Source of the DNA: Octopus sinensis
Taxonomy: Eukaryota
Length of the DNA stretch: 64,000 nt
NCBI RefSeq assembly: GCF_006345805.1
Contig: NC_042997.1
Location: 44,082,001-44,146,000 of the forward strand
Direction: 5' to 3'
Positions 34,998-45,343 of the stretch are shown here, one piece after another. Position 1 is the stretch's first letter. Each line of letters begins with the position of its first letter. The notes beneath the pieces were generated by a model. That model saw nothing but the letters and a program-made list of their open reading frames with translations. It did not search any database and was not told where the DNA came from. Both the position numbers and the translations under genes were made by a program.

Positions 34998-36737
34998 TGA
35001 TTGCCTTTTTGAGGAATGGTCTTTGTGAATTAAAGAAGTCCTCAACAAATGTATGCTTTTATTCAGCACTATAAAAATCAGCTACTTTGTATGAAATATT
35101 CCACTAATCATTAACCCTAGTTCACAAATTATTTTCTATAAATTATTGAAGGTTTTTAAATTAATTCATTTTCATTCCAAATTTTATAAAATAAATGTAC
35201 CCATGAAAATTTTCAAGAAATATTGTCCAATAAATGCTAATCTCCTGTATAAAGAATATTTAATTGAAACAAAGTTAAGGGGTGTATTTAAATTTTTCCT
35301 TTGCTCGCTATTTGTATGTATGTCTAGTCATAAGATGAAATAATATAGTTTGTCCTAATTACATTAATTTATCTTTTATTCTGTGCTACTTTTCTATGAC
35401 ATAATACCCTGTCTATCTGTTAATTCATCAACTGTTGTCGATGATGAAAGTAATGATAATTTTTTAAAATTCCTTAAATAGGATTATTAGTCTGCAAATC
35501 AGACACTAAAGATATGGGCTTGCAGCTTCTACTGCCACTTTATTTTCTTGAGCTTACAGTAATATCATCTCATCCTTATCATCCTAGTCAAGTTAAACCT
35601 GACCTAGATTTTTATATCTGCCATCCTTATATTTATCAAAGTCACTTTAGTAACACTGGAAACACATGCTTGCAAGGCTCTGATTTCTTTCAACCTCATT
35701 GGGCAGGTTTCTTTGTGACAAGGTAACCAAGTCCCTACCTATTCTGGCTCTTTAGCTTTCTACTAACTGAATTTTTCGTGTTGTTCTTCACCAATAGCTT
35801 TTAATTTTTTTAGTCTTTGATTACAAAATAAAAATGATATTAATTGATAAATGTTATGATTGCATTAACAATGATAGTTCATTAGACTCAGAAGGATTAC
35901 TGAAACTAGACACAAACCTAGAACATAGACAAAGTGTTTTTTTTTTGTGCGTGTGGGTTTGCAAATGACCCATTATAAAGTAGATTGGTTCATAACTGGT
36001 TCATATGTTTCTCTAAACATATCTTCTCTATTACCAGTTTTATATTGCTAATACCTTAATGTTGATACAGAAAAGTAGAGTAGGAACCTCTGTGGTAACA
36101 TTGCTATGGTAGCAATAATTTTATTTTGTTACATTGAGACCGCAAGGGCAGTGCCCTTTATTCTCAATTTATTTATTCTTCCTATTATATATATATTTTT
36201 TTTTTTGATCTTCGTCAACTGGGATGGAGGATCAGGATAACCAGGTGAGATTTATTGTGGTTGATATATCGAATTTCAATTGTTACTGGTTAGTAGTTGA
36301 AAGAAATGGTTATCACCAATTAATTTTGACTGTCACAGAATCTTATTTATATAAACCTCTTTGTAAACAACGACAAAAGAAATTTATTTTATTTTTTTCT
36401 CAGTTTATTTTCAGCTGTTTTTTTTTGTTTTTTTTTTTCATTTTATTTTACTCATTAATATTAAAAGAATGGAAGCATAACTTAGTCTTTGTCTGCAAGT
36501 TTTTCCTTGTTTTCTTTGTCTTTTTTCACTTTCATGCAAGTATTGATCTCTGAGACAATGGAGCATCAATATTTATATATTTTGAAGCATCAATATATTT
36601 AGGCTATTCTGATGAATTGATTATTCTAAACATATTCATGTTACAAAAGTACAATGCCTTGGATTTAAAATTTTTAATGTGGAAGACATTTACAGCAAAT
36701 ACTGGCTTCTCTCTAAATCTGGAATATATATATATAT

Positions 36738-37256
36738 ATCATCATCATCATCGTTTAGCATCCGCTTTCCCTGCTAGCATGGGTTGGACGGTTCAACTGG
36801 GGTCTGGGAAGCCAGATGGCTGCACCAGGCTCTAATCTTTATCTGGCAATGTTTCTACGGCTGGATGCCCTTCCTAACGCCAACCACACCGTGAGTGTAG
36901 TGGGTGCTTTTTACGTGCTACCAACATAGGTGCCAGACGAGGCTGGCAAACAGCCACGATCGGATGGTGCTTTTTACGTGCCACCAGCATGGAGGCCAGT
37001 CGGGGCGGCGCTGGCAACGGCCACGTTCGGATGGTTCTCTTACGTGCCCCCGGCACTGGTATCACAGCTACAATTTCCATTAATGTTGATAGATTTCGAT
37101 TTTGATTCTCACTTGCCTCAACAGGTCTTCACAAGTAGAGTTTTGTGTCCCAAGAAGGAAAGGTATACATAAGTGGACCGGCTATATCCCAGGTAGAGGC
37201 CACGGGTTATGGTCTCACTAGTCCTGCCGGGTCTTCTCACGCACAGCGTACTTCAT
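36738..37256 (-). mobile_element. RTE 3' fragment inserted in (TA)n
   Basis: Conserved tail, with (TA)n on both sides. Confidence 0.85.
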
Positions 37257-37265
37257 ATATATATA

Positions 37266-37779
37266 TCTATATATATAAAACTCTAGTTGTGTGAGTGTCT
37301 GTCCCCTTCGATTTAGATTCCTAACTCCTCCCACATTTTGCGGTGCAGTTTAACCAAATTCGGGTATCTTATAGTCGTGATTAATATCGAGCCCGTCTGG
37401 CTATTAGCACACGTCTACGATGAGTCTACGATTTAAAAAATAATTTAACATTTTTTATTCCATTTTAATGCATAATTTTTCGTGTGTCGATGGCGGCGGA
37501 GTTGGCGTCCACGCTCAAACACCTGCACCTGTGTTTGCTTCTCCCCCTTCTTCCCTCCCTCGTGAAGCTGTGGGGAAGGGAGTGTAAGGAAATCAACGTC
37601 GTAAAGCGTTGTCAAGGAGACCAGCGTTCTTTTAGAACAACGACTTCATGGCTTGAAGACACCAAAACAGAGATGGCTAAGAAAGCCCAAATTGGCATCT
37701 ATAAGGGAAGTAACTCTCTAAAAATGCTTATATAGTTATTTCCCTTACAAACCCGAGCAACGCCGGGCGATACTGCTAG
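37266..37779 (+). mobile_element. Non-autonomous Helitron-like element
   Basis: TC...CTAG|T ends and hairpin CCCGAGCAACGCCGGG. Highly similar to 41338-41973. Confidence 0.72.
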
Positions 37780-38799
37780 TATATATATATATATATATAT
37801 ATAGTAGAGGCACATCATTTAGTAGTTAGGATGTTGAGTTCATGGTTGTAAAATTGTGGTTTCAATTCCTGGGCCAGGTGATGTCTTGTGTTCTTGAGCA
37901 AAACACTCCATTTCATGTTGCTCCACTCACAAAAATGGCAAAAATAAGTAAACCTATGAGAGGCTAATATTCTGTCCAGTGGGGTAATATATATACCACA
38001 GAATTTGCGAAACTGGCCTTATGAGCCTATGGCTCAGGAATGACCTTTGATCTTTACACACACAATAAAGAGTAATAACTTTTATTCTTTTACATAGACT
38101 GTGGCTCTGCTGAAGTATTGCCTTGAAGGGTTTGGCCAATGAAGTCAACCCTAATACATTAAGTCTGGTATTTATACTTTTAATCTGTTTTTGCTGTGAA
38201 ATTATAGAAATATAAACAAAGCCTGGTTGCTGAGTAGCAAAAGACACCAACACACACATGCAACAGACTTTTGTACAAGGCATTAATCAGTCGGTGGCTG
38301 TTGTAGAGAACATTTTCCTGGTGTGTCATGGGATAGGGCTGAACAAAACACCATGTGGTTGCAAAGCATACTTCTTAATTACACAACCAGGGCCAACACC
38401 TCTGCCCTAGATCCAGACCTACATATGTCTTTCCTATTTATCTTTATCTGTTTCAGTCATTGGACTGTGGCCATGCTGGGGCACCACCTTCAAGAACTTT
38501 TAGTTGAATGAATTGGCCAGAGTACTTCCGTTTAAGCCTGGTAGTTATTCTATCAGTCTCTTTTGCTGAACTGCTAAGTTATGGGGATGTAAACAAACCA
38601 ACACCAGTCGTTAAACAGTGGTTGTGGGATAAAACACAGAGACAATGACACACACACGGCAAGGTTACAATTGCAACGGTTACTAATCGATGCAGTAGAA
38701 ATGTGTAGGTCTATTTGAAGCTGTACTGTATATCATCATCATCATCATCATCGTTTAACGATGATGATGATGATGATATATGTATATATATATATATGT

Positions 38800-38854
<55 letters not shown>

Positions 38855-38980
38855 TTCAGCAAAAATTTAGATTCAAATGAATATGGCACTTAAGTTAGAT
38901 GCACCAGAATTCTGTATGGTGTTATCCATAAAAATCTGCGGTGTGATTATAATCAAAATAAGCAACAAGAATGACTCCGG

Positions 38981-39074
38981 TAATTTGGTACAATCGTTTC
39001 GCACTACATCATTTTATTAAATGTTGTAAGTATTACAACAGTTTTAAAATGCTGAGCACTCATCAGCCATTTAT
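38981..39074 (-). ncRNA. Type I hammerhead ribozyme-like motif with long helix II
   Basis: Minus strand: UGG-CUGAUGA-G[about 59-nt hairpin]C-GAAAC-GAUU-GUA-CCA. Confidence 0.7.
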
Positions 39075-39622
39075 AGAGGTTTTCCATTAATACAAAAATT
39101 TTCATATCAAGTGGCAGCATTATAGAGAAGGTAGATATATAGACAAAGATGTGGATTTAAATTTTAAGAACATATGAGGTAGTGGAGCCCATCAACTGAC
39201 TGACTAAGATTCAGTTTTTCCAGACTACTGTAATGTTCTGAGAGGGAGGAACAAATGAAATGAGACAATAAAGATTTTCTAATTATAGAAATGGGGTAAA
39301 GGGGATGTCATAGCTCCATATAAGGAATTTATGTAGAAGACAGCATTGTCACAACTAATGCCAATTACTACTATTTGATGAACAGATTTGGTGTTAGGAG
39401 AACTAGGTCAATGTCAAGTGGTCACAATAACATTCACAGAGAATGCAGAGACCTTACAAAACCCATACCCATCATCACAAACAGTTGTCTTATAAGTTCC
39501 GGGTACTTTAACAGGTTAGAATAAAGGAAAACTATATATATAGTTAATCCAAGCATGAAAACACAACAACGCGAGGACGTGGAACAAGTATAGTATTATT
39601 GGACGCTAAGAAAAGAAGGAGG

Positions 39623-39657
39623 GTTTAACGTTTCGAGCAGAGCTCTTCATCAGAGAC
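39623..39657 (-). ncRNA. Minimal type I hammerhead-like motif in a Penelope-like pLTR fragment (about 39500-39730)
   Basis: Minus strand: GUCU-CUGAUGA-A-GAGC(UCU)GCUC-GAAA-CG-UU-AAAC. Helix III is the ACGU palindrome and helix I has 3 of 4 pairs. Confidence 0.6.
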
Positions 39658-39818
39658 ATAGGAAAAGGAAAGATCCAAAGAAGGGAAGACGGAGGAAAAA
39701 AAAAATCGCCAACGGTACACAAACGGTCACATTTTGAATGACAGATAAAGATAAATAGGAAAGACAGATGTAGGTCTGGATCTATGGCAGAGGTGTTGGC
39801 CTGGTTGTATAATATATA

Positions 39819-40299
39819 TCTCTTATTATAAAAGGCAGATTTTATCTGCCTCCCTTTGTATCTTATAGAAATCTACAATATAGGATTTCTTCAATTACAA
39901 TTTACCTAGCATTTTTAAGAATAGAATGCATCGGGTCATGCCAGGTCCAGTTTTTAAAATTTAAACTCCAATTAAGCAAAATTTACAGAAAACTCACATT
40001 CTGGTGTGTATGTCAAATGCTTTTCTTAGTCTGGTTTACAGCACACGCAAACGCACACACACAGTGTGCTACGAATAAAGTGAAAGTAATTCAGTGTGTT
40101 GACAGGTAGACAATAGAATGCGGTGACGATGGCGATGTAATATTTGTTTCTGTCTATGACGCTGATAGATACATGAGTAAAATGTATGGGAAGCTAAGAC
40201 ATAAGAGTGAGTGAAAATGTTCTTGGAAGAGAGTAAATAGCGAGAGAGAGTGATTTGAGGAAGACTTTACATTAAATAACCGTAGTGGCTTGTGTTAGT
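39819..40299 (+). mobile_element. Possible second Helitron-like element
   Basis: 5' A|TCTCTTATTATAAAAGGCAG resembles the 5' end at 6316. The 3' end is uncertain (TTAG|T). Confidence 0.35.
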
Positions 40300-40311
40300 A
40301 ATAAAGTAAAC

Positions 40312-40329
40312 ATACACTCATACATACAT

Positions 40330-40360
<31 letters not shown>

Positions 40361-40572
40361 TACACACACACATACATACATACACACACATACATACATA
40401 CACACATACATACATACATACATATACATACATACATACACACACACATACACACACACACACAGTATTGAAGCTTGAGAACAATCAGATACATCTGCAA
40501 CACATCTGTTGAAAATATTATTGTTCACACACATACATATACATATATACATACAGACAGACAGACAGATAG

Positions 40573-40603
<31 letters not shown>

Positions 40604-40730
40604 ATCCAGCATGGCCACAACCTCAAGGCTGAAACATATAAAAGAATAACAGAATATAAATGTGTGCATGTGTGTGAGAGAGAGAGTGTGTGTGTATATG
40701 TATGTATGTATGTATGTATATATATATAAT
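40312..40730. repeat. Compound (CATA)n/(CA)n/(GT)n microsatellites
   Basis: Visible directly. Confidence 0.9.
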
Positions 40731-40732
40731 AA

Positions 40733-41330
40733 TGCGGTTTTTTCAACAGCTTGAACTAAAAGTCAGAGGGGAATGGGATAAACTACTTATATTAACTTGC
40801 TATAAAAGCAGGTAGTAATTTTATCTTGTCCTTATTCATTGTGCAAGTTTTGAAGAGTGCATTTCGATTTTAACAGCTATTTTTTTCAAAGCTATGTTGG
40901 AAGTAACAAAGGAGCATATTTGGCATATTTTGCTTTATGAGTTCAATAAAGACAACAACGCAACGGAAAGTACAAGAAATATTAATGCAGTATATGGGGA
41001 TTGGACAATAAGCGTAAGGCAGTGTCAATGGTGGTTCCAGAAATTCCGAGCCATAAACTACAGCCTAGAAGACAAGCCTCATCCTGAAAGATCTGTAGAA
41101 CTCGACAAGGACATCCTGAAAACCCTGGTGGAACAAAATCTCATCGTAACTGTTGAGGAACTAGCAGAGAAGCTTGGATTTGGTCATTCAACCATTCATT
41201 GAGACCTGTGTGCTATCGGAAAAGTCAGCAAATTGGGTCAATGGGTTCCTCACGAACTTTCCGAGTCTAATTGCATGCAGAGAGTGAATGTATGCTTTTC
41301 TTTGCTGTCACATCTCACCACTACTGCGCT
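40733..41330 (+). pseudogene. mariner transposase N-terminal fragment
   Basis: ORF 40894-41202 HIWHILLYEFNK..NATES.RNINAVYGD..ISVRQCQWWFQKFR...SLED...VEELAEKLG.GHSTIH, a bipartite HTH. Truncated by the Helitron-like element. Confidence 0.87.
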
Positions 41331-41337
41331 ATGTATA

Positions 41338-41973
41338 TCTATATATATAAAACTGTAGTTGTGTGAGTGTCCGTCCCCTTCGATTTAGATTCCTAACTAC
41401 TCCCACATTTTGCGGTGCAGTTTAACCAAATTCGGGTAGCTTATAGTCGTGATTCATATCGAGCCCGTCTGAGTATTAGCGCGCATCTACGATGAGTCTA
41501 CGATTTTAAAAATAATTTAACATCATTTTTTATTCCATTTTAATGCATAATTTTTCGTGTGTCGATGGCGGCGGAGTTGGCGTCCACGCTCACACCTGCA
41601 CCTGTGGGGAAGGGAGTGTAAGGAAATCAACGTCGTAATGCGTTGTCAAGGAGACCAGCGTTCTTTTAGAACAACGACTTCATGGCTTGAAGACACCAAA
41701 ACAGAAATGGCTAAGAAAGCGTCTACATGAGTCTACGATTTTAAAAAAATTTACCATCGTTTTTTTTCCATTTTAATGCATTTTTTCGCTATTATATAAG
41801 GGAAGTAACTCTCTAAAAATGTCTACGATGAGTCAACGATTTTAAAAAAAATTTACCATCATATTTTTTCCATTTTTAATGCATTTTTTGCTATTTTTTG
41901 TCTATAACTCTCTAAAAATGCTTATATAGTTATTTCCCTTACAAACCCGAGCAACGCCGGGCGATACTGCTAG
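41338..41973 (+). mobile_element. Non-autonomous Helitron-like element with internal subterminal duplications
   Basis: TC...CTAG|T ends. The GTCTAC(G)ATGAGTC..CGATTTTAAAA block occurs three times. Confidence 0.72.
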
Positions 41974-42095
41974 TATATATATATATATATATATATTGGT
42001 AAAACGGTAAGATAACAAAAGAAAGAAAGAGACCTCAATATTATGTAAATAGAGGAAATTTATCTATACAATATGTTACATTACTCAATAGTCAA

Positions 42096-42156
42096 GATAA
42101 AACTCTGAGTTTCAGATGCCGAAGTGGAAATCCACAAAACCATCTCTTCGGTTATC
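42096..42156 (-). ncRNA. Variant hammerhead-like core capping a long hairpin (42064-42190)
   Basis: Minus strand: GAUAA-CCGAAGA-GAUG...CAUC-U-GAAA-CUC-A-GAG-UU-UUAUC. Helix I continues for about 35 bp. Confidence 0.5.
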
Positions 42157-42181
42157 TGGCTACCGAGTAATGTAACATATT

Positions 42182-42228
<47 letters not shown>

Positions 42229-42384
42229 AAGCCATATCAAAGTAGCAGTCGAATGTCACTACTAGTTTAACCCTGGGCAGATTCTCTGCCAGCTGGTTAT
42301 TGGTGCAACACTTGGCACAATTTATATACAATATATTGTTAGCAGGTGGAGCGAACCCCTACTACGCTCCAGCAGCTAACAGGG

Positions 42385-42435
42385 TCACGAGACTGACTCA
42401 GTTCTGAGCTATTTGGCCCATCATCAGCCACGAGC
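42385..42435 (-). ncRNA. Degenerate hammerhead-like motif
   Basis: Minus strand: UCGUGG-CUGAUGA-UGGGC(CAAAUA)GCUCA-GA(-)ACUGAGUCAGUC-UCGUGA. One A of GAAA is missing. Helix I has 6 pairs including G-U wobbles. Confidence 0.5.
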
Positions 42436-42704
42436 ACCTGCGCACTCGAGCAATAGCTAAGATCCGCTTCTGTCAACGATATATTGTAAACAAAGTGACC
42501 ATCAATCACTGATTTGCAACAAGCAAAATAGCTAATTAAAAAATCTGAAGAACAGATAGGGTAGTAATGTATACTAAGCAGTAAAGCCAGTCTCCACATC
42601 AAAGTAGCAGTTGAAGGTTACTACTGGTTTAACCCCAGACAGATTCCCTGCCAGCTTGTTTCCGGTACAAACATTCTGCAACCTTTTGTATATAAAGGGT
42701 GCAG

Positions 42705-43111
42705 AGCAGGAGTGGCTGTGTGGTAAGTAGCTTGCTAACCAACCACATGGTTCCGGGTTCAGTCCCACTGCGTGGCATCTTGGGCAAGTGTCTTCTGCTA
42801 TAGCCCCGGGCCGACCAATGCCTTGTGAGTGGATTTGGTAGACGGAAACTGAAAGAAGCCTGTCGTATATATGTATATATATAGATATGTATGTGTGCGT
42901 TTGTGTGTCTGTGTTTGTCCCCCTAGCATTGCTTGACAACTGATGCTGGTGTGTTTACGTCCCCGTCACTTAGCGGTTCGGCAAAAAGAGACCGATAGAG
43001 TAAGTAGTGGGCTTACAAAGAATAAGTCCCGGGGTCGAGTTGCTCAATTAAAGGCGGTGCTCCAGCATGGCCGCAGTCAAATGACTGAAACAAGTAAAAG
43101 AGTAAAGAGAG
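42705..43111 (+). mobile_element. SINE family 1 nested in a TIR element (42572-43222)
   Basis: Full-length SINE flanked by inverted repeats of about 100 bp (42572-42670 and 43113-43222). Confidence 0.85.
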
Positions 43112-43256
43112 AGCATTGCACTGATAACCAGCTGGTGGAGAATCTGCCTGGGGTTAACCTAAACTAGTAGTAACATTTAACTGCTACTTTGATGTGGCGA
43201 CTAGCTTTACCGTTTAGTATATGTTAGTACTCCATCTCTTCTTGAGATTTTATAAC

Positions 43257-43817
43257 TAGCTGTTTTGCTTAACCCATGGAAGCGGTAGACCCAAGAAGCC
43301 CTGGGACGATGTGGTGGGGCACAGCCTTCCAATGTTGGGCTTCACGGAGGCGACAATGAGTGACTGAGACCTTTGGAGATATGCTGTGCTTGAGAAGACC
43401 TGGCAAGCCAAGTGAGACCTTAACCGTGGCCTACACCAGTGCAGCATAATTGGCCCATTTAAGAGTACCCTTCAATCATTGGGCAATAAATTGTGCTTGC
43501 GAAGACCTGTTGAGTTAAGTGAAGTCGTTGTTGTGGCTGATGCCAGTGTCGCCTGACTGGCACCCATGCCGGTGGCACGTAAAAAGCACCATTCAAGCAT
43601 GGTTGATGCCAGTACCACCTGACTGGCCCTTGTGCCGGTGGCATGTAAAAAGCGCCAACTATACTCTTGGAGTGGTTGGCATTAGGAAGGGCATCCAGCT
43701 GTAGAAATACTGCCAGATCAGACTGGAGCCCAGTGCAGCCTCCTGGCTTCCCAGACCCTGGTCAAACCGTCTAACCCATGCTAGCATGGAAAACGGATGT
43801 TAAACAGTGATGATGAT
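43257..43817 (+). mobile_element. RTE 3' fragment
   Basis: GRGRP.KPWD.VV remnant, 3' UTR and a GATGATGA tail running into (TA)n. Confidence 0.85.
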
Positions 43818-43828
43818 ATATATATATA

Positions 43829-44365
43829 TGGTCTGATCAATAAGTATCCAGACTGTTGCTATAGTAACGAAGCTAAAGCACACAGAGTGAAGCTATTTGG
43901 CACAGATTGACCTTGACCTCTGCAGTGCACGTGCACTCAGTTTTAATGTTCTAGCTCACTTCCACTGTTTACAGCAGTGCTTGGAAGGAAGGTGTGTAGC
44001 ATGTGATCATAGCACTGACCATGACAGAGAAAGTTGAGCAGAGAATCTGCATCACATTTTGCCAAAAGCTTGGCGATACCTATCCAGAGGTATCTCTTTG
44101 GTCAGCTGAAAGCAGTTTTGGCACAAACTTGGCAGACACGTGACTCATACCCAAAATCTTCTGTGATAATGGACTGAACTGAACCATAACTAATCTGCAC
44201 ATCTTCTGATAACTCACGGATGGTGATTCAACGATTTCCCCTCACAGCTGCATGCACATCTGTCATGTTTTTCTCAGTTCTGCTGGTTGCAGGTTTCCCA
44301 GAACGTTTGTCAATATCGACATTTTTCGTCCATCTTGGAAATGTCTGAACCACCTCTACACTTGT
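43829..44365. mobile_element. mariner relic with an internal inversion
   Basis: The + strand reads EKVEQRICITFCQKLGDT (about 44030-44085). 44100-44365 reads YRWFRHFQDGR...IRELSEDVQISYGSVQSII...SAKFVPKLLSAD on the minus strand. Confidence 0.75.
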
Positions 44366-44794
44366 GTAGGTTAAACTGAGAAACTAACCTAAATATTTCT
44401 CTCTTAACATTAAAATTAATGACATTTAGGGTGTCACAATTAACGACATTTAGGGTGTCACAATAATTATTCTATAAAAAAACATAAAATGAGATATAAA
44501 AGTTACAAAACCTCATCATATAATCATTTTCCACGCTATTAAAATCGTCATGAGTTGGAACGCCAAGTGTCTTATTCCTATATATATATATATATATATT
44601 ATATTATATTAAATTAGAGATAAATTATAATAAATTAAAATTAATATTTAACATTATAATCGATTTTGATATAATCATAATTGTTAAGTTTTAAGTTTCT
44701 AGTTTGATAATAGAGTTTATTATAAGTAAAATTATTATATTATTTATATCTTAAAAATATTGTTTAAATATTTCTGATTATTTTTAAAATATTT

Positions 44795-44897
44795 CAATTA
44801 ACCTGAAGATTGACTGTAACCATAACTCGAATTATTAATTGAATTTAAATTATTGTTATTCGAATTGGTACAGCCATGAAACGATCGTAGTGTTTTA
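44795..44897 (+). ncRNA. Hammerhead-like motif (CUGAAGA variant) with long helix II, in an AT-rich pLTR-like repeat (about 44380-45290)
   Basis: CUGAAGA 44803-44809, an about 68-nt imperfect hairpin, then GAAAC-GAUC-GUA 44878-44889. Helix I is poor. Confidence 0.52.
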
Positions 44898-45272
44898 CTC
44901 TTTATCTTTTATTAAACTTAATACCTTTGATATTTATATAAAAAAAAATTTTTTAAATAAATAAATTAATTAATTAATAAATAAAAATAATATATAAATA
45001 TAAAAATATACATACATATATATATATATATTTGTATATATATATATATTTAAAATTTATAAGTTTAAATTATTTAAATACTTTTTTAATTTTTAACTTT
45101 TATATTTTTAAATTAATTTTATGTATTGGCTTATGTTTTTCACTGTTTGATTTGCCTAATAGTGGTTTTATCTCTAATTTAATATAATATAATATAATAT
45201 ATATATATACTATAAAATTGGATTTAATCCTAAATCTAATTTTTCCCTGTAAGTTTGGATTTATTCCCTAAT

Positions 45273-45340
<68 letters not shown>

Positions 45341-45343
<3 letters not shown>

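Noticed and set aside
45255-45340. N-terminus of the 800-aa ORF
   Set aside because: It is read-through from flanking (ATT)n/(TA)n DNA. The element is 5'-truncated at 45341 and lacks the start of the endonuclease, so it is not a complete autonomous copy.
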